Positions 8,861 through 19,310 of a stretch of 64,000 nucleotides of DNA are shown in pieces. The position numbers and the translations under genes are program-made. The stretch comes from an uncultured virus (IMG/VR IMGVR_UViG_3300028833_000012) (Duplodnaviria; Heunggongvirae; Uroviricota; Caudoviricetes): the IMG/VR virus record IMGVR_UViG_3300028833_000012. One strand, 5' to 3'. The notes below the pieces were generated by a model. The model was given only the letters and a program-made list of their open reading frames with translations, did no database searches and was not told where the DNA came from. The first letter of the stretch is position 1; every line of letters begins with the position of its first letter.

Positions 8861-9919
8861 ATGAATCTGACTGAACTTTTCAGCCCTGTGGCCATCGCTG
8901 CGCGGTGGACTGAGGCTGCCAGCAACCGGATTCCCTACCTGGGCGAGGGCCTGTTCCCCGCCAACAAGCAGGCTGGCCTTGACCTGAAGTGGATCAAGGG
9001 TTCCAAGGGCGTGCCTGTTTCCCTGATGCCCTCCGCTTTCGACGCCAAGGCCACCTTCCGTGACCGGGTGGGCGTTGAGAAGCTGGAGACCGAGATGCCG
9101 CTGTTCCGCGAGGGCTACAAGATCAAGGAGCGCGACCGTCAGGACATCCTGCGTGCGCAGTCTGCCAACGATCCCTTCGTGGCCGCCGCCATCGCCCGCA
9201 TCTTCGACGATGCCGCAGACCTGATCGAGGGCGCGAACGTCGTTCCGGAGCGTGAGCGGATGCAGCTGCTGTTCCCGCTGAACGGCAACATGGGAATCAG
9301 CATCAAGGCCAATGGTGTGGACTACACCTACAACTATGACCCGACCGGTGCCTGGAAGACGAACAACTACTTCACGACCGATTGGACCGTCACCGCGACA
9401 GCTGACCCCTTCAACGACATCCGCACTGCGAAGGACGCCATCTCCGCCCGGACCGGCTCCGATCTGCGGATTATCGTCATGAACCGCACCACCTTCGGCT
9501 ATCTGCGGAACAATGCCGCCATCAAGAGCCGCTACCTGTCCGTGAACGGTCTGAGCCTGGGCTATCTGACCGACTCCGAGATCATCAACATCCTGAAGGA
9601 TACCGCTGATCTGGACGGCGTGATTGTCTACGACAAGCAGTACCGCAACGAGAGCAAGGTTGCCGCGAAGTTCGTCCCGGACGGCTATGTGGCCCTGCTG
9701 CCTGCTGGTGCGCTGGGCACCACCTGGTACGGCACGACCCCGGAGGAGGCCGACCTGATGGGCACCAACGCTGGCGAGGTCGCCATCGTGAACACCGGCG
9801 TGGCCGTCACCCAGATCGTCGATCCGCATCCCGTCAACCTGAACACCTTCGCGTCCGAGATCGTCCTGCCCAGCTACGAGCGGGCTGACGAAGTGGCCCT
9901 GCTGAAGGTTATCGCGTAA
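8861..9919 (+). CDS. major capsid protein (phage capsid E-like, HK97 fold)
   Basis: 352 aa, strongly biased codon usage, YLGEGLFP...GTTWYGTTPEE...SEIVLPS pattern; synteny. Confidence 0.88.
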   Translation: MNLTELFSPVAIAARWTEAASNRIPYLGEGLFPANKQAGLDLKWIKGSKGVPVSLMPSAFDAKATFRDRVGVEKLETEMPLFREGYKIKERDRQDILRAQSANDPFVAAAIARIFDDAADLIEGANVVPERERMQLLFPLNGNMGISIKANGVDYTYNYDPTGAWKTNNYFTTDWTVTATADPFNDIRTAKDAISARTGSDLRIIVMNRTTFGYLRNNAAIKSRYLSVNGLSLGYLTDSEIINILKDTADLDGVIVYDKQYRNESKVAAKFVPDGYVALLPAGALGTTWYGTTPEEADLMGTNAGEVAIVNTGVAVTQIVDPHPVNLNTFASEIVLPSYERADEVALLKVIA

Positions 9920-9924
9920 TCGAG

Positions 9925-10137
9925 GTGGATCACATGAAGGTCAGAGCAAAGTGCTGGGTCAAGACCGAGACCGGTTGGCATCACGCGGGTGAAACCTTCG
10001 AGGTTGAGAACGTGGACGGCCTGACCGACGTGGTGGACATCATCGACGAAGCGCCCGCCCCTGTAGCGGCTGAAGCGCCCGTCCATGATGAAGAGACGCC
10101 CACGGTCCGCAAGCGCGGTCGCAAGGCATCCGAGTAA
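9925..10137 (+). CDS. small capsid-associated hypothetical protein
   Basis: Short ORF after capsid gene, basic C-terminus. Confidence 0.55.
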   Translation: MDHMKVRAKCWVKTETGWHHAGETFEVENVDGLTDVVDIIDEAPAPVAAEAPVHDEETPTVRKRGRKASE

Positions 10138-10145
10138 GCGAGGAG

Positions 10146-10478
10146 GTGGACAGCGTGGATCTTGCAACGAAAATCCGCATGCTGAGTACGCTTGTTGATG
10201 ATGGTACGAGCGAGGAAACGCTGTCCATCTACCTTGACAGGGCGAGGGAACTGATCCTGAACATCGTCTACCCGACGGAACGGAACAGGGCAGACATGGA
10301 TGTCCCCTCGATGTACGAGATGAAGCAGATCGAGATCGCCGAGTATCTGCTGAACAAGCGCGGCGCAGAAGGCGAGATTCAGCACATCGAAAACGGAACC
10401 CACCGCAATTACGGTTCCTCCGATGTGCCTGAAGCCATGATCCGTCACATCACGCCGTTTTGTGGGGTGGTCAAATGA
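10146..10478 (+). CDS. head-tail connector (gp15-like adaptor)
   Basis: NKRGAEGEIQHIENG motif; synteny. Confidence 0.8.
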   Translation: MDSVDLATKIRMLSTLVDDGTSEETLSIYLDRARELILNIVYPTERNRADMDVPSMYEMKQIEIAEYLLNKRGAEGEIQHIENGTHRNYGSSDVPEAMIRHITPFCGVVK

Positions 10479-10825
10479 AGCTGCTGAAGCGGAACCAGAC
10501 AACCTTTGGACACATGCCCTATCTGGGGAAACACGAAGTCCTGCAAGACGGGCGGCACACCGGGCGCTATGAAACGCACTATGGCGGGCCGATCCCGTGC
10601 GTGGGATACATCGCGATTCCAACGGGTTACATCACGGCGACGTGGTTCGGCATCGACACAGACTACACCCACATCCTGCTGATGGACAACCCGTCCTACG
10701 GCATCAAGGAAGAGGACCGCATCGACTGGCAGGGCGCGACCTACGAAGTCAAGGCCGTCAGACCGAGCATCAACTTCCTGTCCATCGCCATCAAGAAACT
10801 CACGGCAGAGCCGGATTGGACGTGA
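10475..10825 (+). CDS. head closure/stopper protein
   Basis: Beta-rich ~116 aa ORF in neck position. Confidence 0.65.
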   Translation: MKLLKRNQTTFGHMPYLGKHEVLQDGRHTGRYETHYGGPIPCVGYIAIPTGYITATWFGIDTDYTHILLMDNPSYGIKEEDRIDWQGATYEVKAVRPSINFLSIAIKKLTAEPDWT

Positions 10826-10829
10826 TGGC

Positions 10830-11366
10830 GTGGGCAAGAAGGTAATTACATGCGAGCTGTCGGTAGAGTCCATCGACGCGGCGATCAAGGAGATCGAGGC
10901 GTACAAACAGGAACTTGCCGATAAGCTTCGGAGGTTGCAGACGTTGATCGCAGAGCGTGTCACATGGAGTGTCACAAGCGGATTCAACAACGCAACATTC
11001 GATGTAATCAGCGGTACGCCGGAACCAAACGATGTGACAGTCGAACTCGATGACAGCGGGAACGTGTCCGTCATCATAGCACGCGGCAAGCAGGCTGTAT
11101 TCATCGAATTCGGTGCTGGTGTATACAACAACGGTCCTAAAGGGTCATCCCCGCATCCGTGGACTGAGACAAATCCCACTTTCCTGATTGGTGAGTATGG
11201 GATGGGGAATGGCGCACGGAATGCTTGGGCATACTACAACGGCGAAAAGGGAAAGGAAAACCTTGTCGTAACGCACGGTACACCGGCGGCAATGCCCATG
11301 TATAACGGCTACAAGACGGCGCTTGCCATCATCGGCGATCTGGCAAGGGAGGTGTTCGGAGAATGA
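10830..11366 (+). CDS. tail completion protein (HK97 gp10-like)
   Basis: AVFIEFGAG...W...THGTPAAMPMY motif. Confidence 0.75.
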   Translation: MGKKVITCELSVESIDAAIKEIEAYKQELADKLRRLQTLIAERVTWSVTSGFNNATFDVISGTPEPNDVTVELDDSGNVSVIIARGKQAVFIEFGAGVYNNGPKGSSPHPWTETNPTFLIGEYGMGNGARNAWAYYNGEKGKENLVVTHGTPAAMPMYNGYKTALAIIGDLAREVFGE

Positions 11367-11764
11367 TCGACATCGAGGTTGACGTCTTCAATGCGGTCTA
11401 TCCGTACATCGAAGGCCTTGTTCCGAGCGGCGGCTTCACAAGCGAGTTTGTCCCATCCCCGGCGAAACTGCCGCATGTCTCTCTGGTTGAAATTGACAAC
11501 ATGCCGGACAAGAGAACCCGTGACTCCGGTCACAACGAGTACTCCGCCATCGTCACGTTTGAGGCCCAGGCGTTTGCCTCGTCAAGAGCAAAGATCAAGG
11601 AAATCGCCGCTGCCCTGGATGAAGCGATGGTCGGCATGATGGGATTCACCAAGAACATGGGGCAGCCAATCCCAAACCTGGCAGACCAGAGCGTGTTCAG
11701 ATATGTCGCCCGGTTCCAGTGCGGTGTGGACCAAGACGGCAATCTGTACAAGCCGGTTCTGTAG
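11363..11764 (+). CDS. tail terminator protein
   Basis: Size and synteny directly before major tail gene. Confidence 0.65.
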   Translation: MIDIEVDVFNAVYPYIEGLVPSGGFTSEFVPSPAKLPHVSLVEIDNMPDKRTRDSGHNEYSAIVTFEAQAFASSRAKIKEIAAALDEAMVGMMGFTKNMGQPIPNLADQSVFRYVARFQCGVDQDGNLYKPVL

Positions 11765-11803
11765 CAACTGAAAACACACCACTATTCAAAGGAGGAAGAT
11801 ACC

Positions 11804-12241
11804 ATGTCTGAGGCTCTTGCTTACAGCACCTATCAGACTTACCTGATGTACCGGACGTCTTCCAGCGGCAGCTATGACAAGCTGATCGACATTAAAGACT
11901 ATCCGGACATGATCGGGGACCCGAACATGCTGGATGCCACCACGCTTTCGGATGGCATGGAGAAGCAGATCCCCGGCATCATCCGGCTGGGTGACGGCTT
12001 CCAGTTCACGGCGAACTACACGCCTGCGAACTTCACCAAGGTCAAGGCGCTGGAGAACAACATCTACGAGTACGCCCTGTGGCTGGGCGGCAGCACCGCC
12101 GGTGAGCCCGACGGCCACAACGGCAAGTTTTCCTGGAACGGCGACGTCCGTGTCGGTTTCCCCGGCAAGGGCGTGGACGAGGTCCAGGATATGACCATCA
12201 CGATCACCCCCACCACCGACGTGCAGTGGAGCGCTACCTGA
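11804..12241 (+). CDS. major tail tube protein
   Basis: IDIKDYPDMIGDPNMLDATTLSD...FTANY...GKFSWNG motif. Confidence 0.8.
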   Translation: MSEALAYSTYQTYLMYRTSSSGSYDKLIDIKDYPDMIGDPNMLDATTLSDGMEKQIPGIIRLGDGFQFTANYTPANFTKVKALENNIYEYALWLGGSTAGEPDGHNGKFSWNGDVRVGFPGKGVDEVQDMTITITPTTDVQWSAT

Positions 12242-12310
12242 CGGTAGCCTCTCTGCCGCTTCGGCGGCGGCAAGTCACGGGCACGACCCGATTGAAAGGA
12301 GATTAACACT

Positions 12311-12715
12311 GTGGCTACTGAAAAGACTGAGAATAACAACGTGACTCCCATGGCCCCTGTGTCGGAAGAAAAGAAGAAGACCCCGAAGCAGCTGGTGCTG
12401 ACCGGTCCTGATGGGCGGCAGTACACGCTCCAGTTCAACCGCAAGGTCGTGCTCCAGATGCAGCGCAACGGGTTCACCCTGGACCTGGATCGGCTGTACA
12501 TGTGCGCCCGCGACCTGATCACCGGCGCGTTCAAGATGCACCACAGTTGGATGAAGTGGGAAGAGATCGAGGCGGTCTGGACCCACCAGAACAAGCGCGG
12601 CGAGTTGCTGGGCTATCTGGCCAATATGTTCTCCGCTCCCGCCATCGACCTGATGGGTGACGGCAGCGACGACGAAGAGGCCGACGAAAACCCTACGTTC
12701 GAGATCGTCTGGTAA
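12311..12715 (+). CDS. tail assembly chaperone (gpG-like)
   Basis: Between tail tube and tape measure genes; ends in slippery A AAC CCT. Confidence 0.75.
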   Translation: MATEKTENNNVTPMAPVSEEKKKTPKQLVLTGPDGRQYTLQFNRKVVLQMQRNGFTLDLDRLYMCARDLITGAFKMHHSWMKWEEIEAVWTHQNKRGELLGYLANMFSAPAIDLMGDGSDDEEADENPTFEIVW

Positions 12716-13254
12716 GCGAGCCGCTTCCTCAACCGCAGAAAACCTATGCGGACATCTTTGAGGAAGCGTGCCCGTACTACCTCGCGATTGGCATGACGTG
12801 GGAGCAGTACTGGGAGCAGGACAGTTCCCTCGTCAAATATTACCGAAGAGCATACGAGATCCGTCAGGAGGAAGCGAACCGCAACGCATGGCTCCAGGGC
12901 ATGTACGTCTATGAGGCCATCGCGGACATCGCGCCGATCCTTCACGCATTCGCCAAGAAGGGCACCAAGGCCCGGAAATACTCTGAGAAGCCATACGAAT
13001 TCAAGAAGCCGGAGCGAAAAGCCGGTCGGATGAACCGCAAGGACTCCGAGGCCAAGGCAAAGGCGGACAAGATTCAGATGAAGATGCTGGCGTTCGTCCA
13101 GCAACAGGAGCAGGAGAAGAAGCGCAAGGATCAATACCTCCTGATGGAGAAGCAGGCCGAAGAAGCCGGATATATATTGGAAGAAACACAAGATGGAAAG
13201 GTGCGGATAACGGAGGGTCGCGAACCGGAAGAGATTCGCACAGATGAACAGTAA
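12688..13254 (+). CDS. tail assembly chaperone -1 frameshift extension (gpGT-like)
   Basis: -1 frame open from heptamer 12688-12694 through TYADIFEEACPYYLAIGMTWEQYW to stop at 13254. Confidence 0.72.
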   Translation, partial: KPYVRDRLVSEPLPQPQKTYADIFEEACPYYLAIGMTWEQYWEQDSSLVKYYRRAYEIRQEEANRNAWLQGMYVYEAIADIAPILHAFAKKGTKARKYSEKPYEFKKPERKAGRMNRKDSEAKAKADKIQMKMLAFVQQQEQEKKRKDQYLLMEKQAEEAGYILEETQDGKVRITEGREPEEIRTDEQ

Positions 13255-13268
13255 GGAGATGGTCAGAG

Positions 13269-16200
13269 ATGGCTGAAGGCACGACTACGGTTCAGGCGTT
13301 AGAACTTCAGATCAAGTCTAACGCGATGGGGGCCAGCAGTAGCCTTACCGCTCTGGCCACTTCTTTAGGTAAAATCAAAGAGAAGATTGCCGGTGGTCTG
13401 AACCTCGGCAACGTGGCGACGGAGATCGGCAAGTTTGTCACCAACCTCAAGAGCATCGGCACCAACGATGACATCGAACGGATCACGAAGCTGACGAACT
13501 CCATCACGGGACTGGTCAACGCGATGAAGAACCTCTCCGGCGTGAAGGGCGGTACTGCCGCGCTCAAGCAGGCGGTGGACAGCACCAGCGCGGTGAAGGA
13601 ATACGTTGGCAAGCATGTTGGTTCGGAATATGTTGGAAAGCATGAGAATGCAAGCTATGTTGGCAGGCACGAAGCCGCCGGAATGCAGGAAGCCGCGCAG
13701 GCCGCCGCAACGGTAGTCGAAAATGTTAAAGCGATTTCGAGAATTGAAACGGACGCTGCCGATAGCGGTAGTAAGATCACGTCCACGCTTGCCGAGTCTG
13801 CCGTAAAAGCAAGGGAAGCACAGATGGCAATTCTTGCGATGGCGGATGCACTGAAGGGCACCGGTGGCGGAAGTGGGGCAAAGACCGAGATCACCATTGC
13901 ACAGCAGGCTCTCGGCACAATGCTGAAATATGCGGATGACCTGTATGGTTCCGGTCAGCTCAATGCTACCGCATGGAGAGCGGTTCGGCAGGAAATCCAG
14001 GGCATCGACTGGGGAGAAGGAAACCCGACGTCCGTGATGGATCCCATTGAGGGAAAGGCTTGGGTTCTTGCTGTTGCCAAGGACGCCATGAGCGAAATGG
14101 CCACGAGCGCGGCCAGTGCAAGCGAAAGCACCGCCACGATTGGTGACGGCATGGCTGCCGCAGAGAGCAAAACCGAGACGGTAAAGGAAGAATTCCATGA
14201 AGTGGCGACGGCTGCCGAAGGTGCAAAAGCCAGTGTTGACAGTACCGGCAAAGAAGCCGAAAAGTCTGCAAGCAAACTGGAAACCCTCCGCTCTGCTGTT
14301 GACAGTCTGAAGCACAGTTTCAAAGACCTTACCAAGCATGGCGTACTCGGTTTCCTCAACAGCATGGTCCGCGTGGCAAAGTACCGCATGTACCGCGCCC
14401 TGATCAGGAACATCACGGAGGGCTTCAGCACGGGCCTGAAGAACCTGCGCGAGTACAGCAAGGCCGTGGACAACCTGTACAACAAGGACATGACCGGACT
14501 GGACAACAGCCTTCTGAAGATGAAGAACAGCCTCGGCGCGGTTCTCGGCAGTGCGATTCAGTCGCTGATTCCGCTGTTCCAGCAGTTGTCGCAGTGGGTT
14601 ATCACGGCATCCAACTATATCAACCAGTTCATCGCTTTGCTGTCCGGCAGGAACACCTGGACCAGAGCGGTTGATGTTGTCGCGGCTGACTTTGAGAAGA
14701 CCAAGAAGAGCGCTGCTGGCGCGGCGAAGGATACGAAGAATCTTCTGGCTGCGTGGGATGAACTGAACATCATTCAGTCGCAGGGCGGCAGCGGTGGCGG
14801 CGGGTCCAGGAAAAAGGATGACATTGACTATACGAAGATGTTCGAGGAAGTCAATGAGTTTGACAGTGGACTGAAGCGGACTGTTGACTGGCTCAGAGAC
14901 AATATGGGCTGGCTCCTGACAACCGTCGAGGCCATCGGCGGGGCCATGCTTGCGTGGCGGATTGGGGCCGGGTTGATTTCCAGCATGGCGGCGCTTGGGC
15001 CGATCGTTGCATCGGTAGCCGGTACTATTCTTGGTATTGTTTCGGCCGGTGTGACGGTCTATCTCGACTGGCATTTCATGAGCGAGTACCTCGAAAAAGG
15101 GAATTATGCAGATCTGGCCAGCGCGAATATTGTGAGCGTCATAGGGGCGGCGCTTACTGGACTTCTTGTCGGCAAAGGGTTTAACAGCACGGAAGCCGGT
15201 CTGATGGCTGCTGGTGCCGTTTTGACCATCACTGGTTTGGTTGACATAATCCTTGCAGTTGGGAACATTGACAAAGAGGGATTGAACGAAAAGAACCTTG
15301 CCGCTCTTATCAGCGGCGAGATCAAGTCGGCCCTTGGATTGGGTATGTTCGCGGCGAGTTTGGCCCGTCTCATTGGCAAAAGCAAAGGCGTGACGCTCAA
15401 GTTCGGACAGTACACCGGTATCATGCTTGGCGTTTCCGCGTTGGTGGCAACGGTCGCGACAAGCGTGGCGCTGACAAAAGGCGGACTTGTAGAGGGCGAG
15501 GATGGAAGCATTGAGAAAATCCTCATTTCGCTTGCGACTGATGCTGGTGGTGCCGTACTGGCGGCAATTAGCGGCGTGATGGTCGGCGGAAAGAACATGG
15601 GATTTACGTTCGCCGGGGCAACGCTTCTTGTCACGTCCGCTGTTGACTTCGCGGTTGGCGTAGGCGACGTGATCAATAACGGCGTGACGCTAACGAATGT
15701 AGTAAGCAATATCAAAAGTTCGCTCAATGCGGCGCTTGGCGCAGCGTTTGTTGCAAAAGGATCCGCTCCCATCCAAACGCTGCTTGCGAAATTGGGACTC
15801 AGTCCGTTGTCGCTCGGTGCGATCACCTTTGCAGTCGGTGCGCTTGCCACATTGTCTCTGGACCTGAACACGGAGGCAATGAAGAGCGAGAGCAAGGCCG
15901 ACGATATCTTGAGCGCGGTTACGGACGCGGCAACATCCGCCGCACTCGGAATCGGCGTTGCAAAAATGACAGACAACGCAACGACCGGCGCTGCCGCAGG
16001 CGGCTTGATGCTTACAGTTGATGGCGTGTTGAGTTTGATTGCAACACTCGATAACATAAAGGCAGAAGGGTTCACAGACACCAATGTAACAAACCTCACG
16101 AAGAGCGCGTTTGAAATTGCTATCGGTACAGGCGTAACAATCGGCGCACTAAGCGGCAACGCAATTCTCGGAATAGCAGCAGGCATTCTTTCGCTTGCTA

Positions 16201-17978
16201 TTTCCGGAATTGCAACGGCGCTTTCGTTTGATGTTGATGAAGCGATTATGACAGCCGCCGTGAACAAACTCGACTGGGGACAGGTGCAGTTGACGGCGGA
16301 TGAAGTAAAGGAATATGTAAAGGCGAACTTCACGGACCAGAAAATCGTTGCAGAAATGGAAGTGCTTGGCGTAAAACTTACGGAACTTGCTACCAGCAGA
16401 GCAACGATCAATACGCAAGTCGCGCTGTTTAGCATGACGCTCAGAAAGGTTGAAATCGGTGCCAAGCTGGACGAGAACACCTATAATGATCTGCATGAAC
16501 AACTTGTCGGCAAGGACGGCATTATCACCAAGATGCAGAACCAGTTGAAGACGGAAAATGAGTTTGTCGCGCTCTCCTTGACGGTTGCTCCGCTTACGGA
16601 TGAGAACGGCAATGACGTTTCGGCCCAGTTCCTCAATACGATTGACGTGTCCAGTGGTCAACTTGGTGAGGCGATCCAGAAAATCGGCAACGACATTTCA
16701 GACTTGCTGACAAAATCGTATCAGGAAGGGCTTACAGAAAAAGAGGGCGTTTGGCTCGAAACGCTGACCGATGTACTGTTCCGCGTAAATTCTGCTCTTA
16801 ACCTCGGAGAGGCAGAGGCAGAATTCCGGCTTAAAGTGAACGGCATTATGGACTTCAACAAAGAAACCTATGACAATGCCGTCAAGGAATATGCCGCAAC
16901 GAAGAAGGAAATGGAGCAGGATTACAGGGACATTTACAATGAACAGTACACCAGGGCATTTGGTCAGATGAAGGCGCAAGAAGTTCTTTACGACTTCTAC
17001 GTCAAGTCAGGGCAAACGGAAAAAGCGGAAGAAGCAAAGAAGACGCTTGACGACTTGCGTACATTTATAGAAATATACGAGGACCCGAAGCGCGGTATAG
17101 ACTATCTTGTGGCTGAAGCCGTCAGAAACGCGACAGCTCAGTATGATCAAAAGTTTCTTGAACAGGCGATTGAAATAATAGGGAAAGGCCCTGCCAACAT
17201 TGGATGGAAGAACAGAGACGGTGCAAGTACTGAAGTCAGAAACATGTGGGCAAGGAATAACGACTACGACAGCGCCTACAAGAGTGCAGGAATTTTGGCC
17301 TCCTCCGGCGTTCTCATGCAACTGTGGAACCCAGAAGATACAGACACAACAACTCGTTATAAGAAGATCGCAGACATTGATGATGCCGCCTTAAAAACAG
17401 CACTCGAAAGCATGATGTACGAATACTTGCCAGAAATATACGGAAAGGGCGAGGCAGCGATTATTCGTAGCATGCTGGATGCTGGCATCGGGTCAATTTG
17501 GGATTGGGTTCCTACACAACTTGTTTCCGAATACTTGAGCGGATATGTGGACAGATTTGGATCAGATACAGATAGCTACTTGTTCAATGAATTATATTTG
17601 GAACATATCCTAAGCCTGTTGGGTGCCGGTTCAACCAAAACTGTTTCCAACACCGGCACATACGCCGCCCCGGAAGTCATCGAAGCCATCGAAGAAACGA
17701 TGGAGGAAGGCGAAACGGTAATCGAAGTCGGTGTGGCCGGTCCTGCTTCCGGGGACGTTCCTGTCGCTCCACCCGGTGCCCCGACCTACGACGAATCCGC
17801 TGACGATGACAGCGCGACCGAGACCGCCCAGGCAGAGCAGACAACCGTCCTGCGCGGCATGCTCACGGTGCTCCAGCAGCTCCTCAACAAGGAAGTCACA
17901 GCCCGGTTCGTGCCGAGCGCGGCGGCTGGTGCCGCAGTCCAACAGGCGATCCGGATGGCCGAGCGCATGAGCGGCTGA
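13269..17978 (+). CDS. tape measure protein
   Basis: 1569 aa, Ala/Gly-rich helical and hydrophobic stretches, LAAWDELNII motif; follows chaperones. Confidence 0.9.
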   Translation: MAEGTTTVQALELQIKSNAMGASSSLTALATSLGKIKEKIAGGLNLGNVATEIGKFVTNLKSIGTNDDIERITKLTNSITGLVNAMKNLSGVKGGTAALKQAVDSTSAVKEYVGKHVGSEYVGKHENASYVGRHEAAGMQEAAQAAATVVENVKAISRIETDAADSGSKITSTLAESAVKAREAQMAILAMADALKGTGGGSGAKTEITIAQQALGTMLKYADDLYGSGQLNATAWRAVRQEIQGIDWGEGNPTSVMDPIEGKAWVLAVAKDAMSEMATSAASASESTATIGDGMAAAESKTETVKEEFHEVATAAEGAKASVDSTGKEAEKSASKLETLRSAVDSLKHSFKDLTKHGVLGFLNSMVRVAKYRMYRALIRNITEGFSTGLKNLREYSKAVDNLYNKDMTGLDNSLLKMKNSLGAVLGSAIQSLIPLFQQLSQWVITASNYINQFIALLSGRNTWTRAVDVVAADFEKTKKSAAGAAKDTKNLLAAWDELNIIQSQGGSGGGGSRKKDDIDYTKMFEEVNEFDSGLKRTVDWLRDNMGWLLTTVEAIGGAMLAWRIGAGLISSMAALGPIVASVAGTILGIVSAGVTVYLDWHFMSEYLEKGNYADLASANIVSVIGAALTGLLVGKGFNSTEAGLMAAGAVLTITGLVDIILAVGNIDKEGLNEKNLAALISGEIKSALGLGMFAASLARLIGKSKGVTLKFGQYTGIMLGVSALVATVATSVALTKGGLVEGEDGSIEKILISLATDAGGAVLAAISGVMVGGKNMGFTFAGATLLVTSAVDFAVGVGDVINNGVTLTNVVSNIKSSLNAALGAAFVAKGSAPIQTLLAKLGLSPLSLGAITFAVGALATLSLDLNTEAMKSESKADDILSAVTDAATSAALGIGVAKMTDNATTGAAAGGLMLTVDGVLSLIATLDNIKAEGFTDTNVTNLTKSAFEIAIGTGVTIGALSGNAILGIAAGILSLAISGIATALSFDVDEAIMTAAVNKLDWGQVQLTADEVKEYVKANFTDQKIVAEMEVLGVKLTELATSRATINTQVALFSMTLRKVEIGAKLDENTYNDLHEQLVGKDGIITKMQNQLKTENEFVALSLTVAPLTDENGNDVSAQFLNTIDVSSGQLGEAIQKIGNDISDLLTKSYQEGLTEKEGVWLETLTDVLFRVNSALNLGEAEAEFRLKVNGIMDFNKETYDNAVKEYAATKKEMEQDYRDIYNEQYTRAFGQMKAQEVLYDFYVKSGQTEKAEEAKKTLDDLRTFIEIYEDPKRGIDYLVAEAVRNATAQYDQKFLEQAIEIIGKGPANIGWKNRDGASTEVRNMWARNNDYDSAYKSAGILASSGVLMQLWNPEDTDTTTRYKKIADIDDAALKTALESMMYEYLPEIYGKGEAAIIRSMLDAGIGSIWDWVPTQLVSEYLSGYVDRFGSDTDSYLFNELYLEHILSLLGAGSTKTVSNTGTYAAPEVIEAIEETMEEGETVIEVGVAGPASGDVPVAPPGAPTYDESADDDSATETAQAEQTTVLRGMLTVLQQLLNKEVTARFVPSAAAGAAVQQAIRMAERMSG

Positions 17979-17996
17979 CGCGGGAGGTGAGAGCGC

Positions 17997-18407
17997 ATGA
18001 GCAGTCAGATGGTAACAACAATGGGTCTGCAATACTACCGCGACATGAACTATTCGATGGGCTTCCTGATCGACAAGATGCCGATCCCGGACCCATCGGA
18101 GTTCAGCGGCAAGGAAAGCGACCTGGACACAATGGGCGAGCGCGACGCAACGGGCTACCTGCACCGCAACAAGGTCGCGACCAAGTTCCCGCTGAAGCTG
18201 GCCTACAACAACATCCCACTGGAGGTCGCGTGGGACATTTGCAGGAAACTGCGCAAGGACAAGTTCAAGTTCACATGGTTCAGCCCGTACCATGCGGACT
18301 TCTACGAGATGGACGCCTATGTGGGCGACCGAGACTTCGAGGCGGTGTGGTGGCCGGAGGGCGGCATCTACATCGTGAACCTGTCCTTCAGCATCATCGA
18401 ATACTGA
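17997..18407 (+). CDS. distal tail (Dit-like) protein
   Basis: Follows TMP; RDATGYLHR...YVGDR...LSFSIIEY pattern. Confidence 0.7.
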   Translation: MSSQMVTTMGLQYYRDMNYSMGFLIDKMPIPDPSEFSGKESDLDTMGERDATGYLHRNKVATKFPLKLAYNNIPLEVAWDICRKLRKDKFKFTWFSPYHADFYEMDAYVGDRDFEAVWWPEGGIYIVNLSFSIIEY

Positions 18408-18425
18408 GCGAACGGAGGTGACGGC

Positions 18426-19298
18426 ATGCTGACACTGAGCGACACCCTGGCGGCGGCGATGGCGGCGGACAAACCGCAGCGCATCCTGCTGGAATTCCCG
18501 GACGAGAACGGCGTTGTGATGAGCAACGAAGAGATCGTGATGAGCCGGGGCCTGCAAGTCAGCGCTCCGCTCAACGCGGACAAGGAACTGACGCTTGGCA
18601 TGTGTCCGTCGGTCGAAGCGCGATTCTCCCTGCTCAACGATGTGCGGCAACTCAGCAGCTTCGAGTTCGGTGAATGCAAGGTCTGGATCGGCGCAAGGAT
18701 CGACAGCGGCACGCCGGACGCCTCCGCCAAGACAAAGACCTTCACCGAGAACGGCAAGAGCGTGCTGTACGAGTTCGCCCCTGTCGGGATCTTCGTGGTG
18801 GACCGCCCGGACATTGTGCAGGTGGACATCATCGACATCACGGCCAGCGACCGGATGGTACTCTTCGACGAGGAACTGCCGAGCATGACGGATCTGGGCA
18901 TCACGTTCCCGACCACCATCGGGAGCATCGCGCAGGCGCTGTGCGACTATGTTGGCGTGACGCTGGCGACGCAGACCTTCCTGAACAGCGACCTGGCCGT
19001 GTCGAGCAGGCCGAGGCAGTTCGACAACCGGACCATGCGGGAAGTGCTCAAGTGGATCGCCGAGGCGGCGGGCGGCTTTGCCCGGTTCAACCGCTACGGG
19101 CAACTGGAGATCGTGTGGTTCCGCACAACCAACATGATCTACGACGAGACGCAGTACAAGGACTTCACGCCGTGCTGGTACGAGGTCGCGGCCATCGACG
19201 GCTTGAAGGTCCGCAATGAGTCCGAGACCAGCGAGAGCAGCTACGGGACGGATCCGGAGAACGCATACGTTATCGCCGGGAACCCGTTCCTGCGGTGA
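18426..19298 (+). CDS. baseplate hub/tail tip protein, N-terminal part
   Basis: ITASDRM...REVLKWIAEAAGGFARFNRYGQL motif. Confidence 0.7.
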   Translation: MLTLSDTLAAAMAADKPQRILLEFPDENGVVMSNEEIVMSRGLQVSAPLNADKELTLGMCPSVEARFSLLNDVRQLSSFEFGECKVWIGARIDSGTPDASAKTKTFTENGKSVLYEFAPVGIFVVDRPDIVQVDIIDITASDRMVLFDEELPSMTDLGITFPTTIGSIAQALCDYVGVTLATQTFLNSDLAVSSRPRQFDNRTMREVLKWIAEAAGGFARFNRYGQLEIVWFRTTNMIYDETQYKDFTPCWYEVAAIDGLKVRNESETSESSYGTDPENAYVIAGNPFLR

Positions 19299-19310
19299 GG
19301 AGGTGATCTG

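Noticed and set aside
13597..13675. YVG[KR]H triple repeat in the tape measure protein as a separate element
   Set aside because: Short in-frame peptide duplication within a repeat-prone protein; no further support
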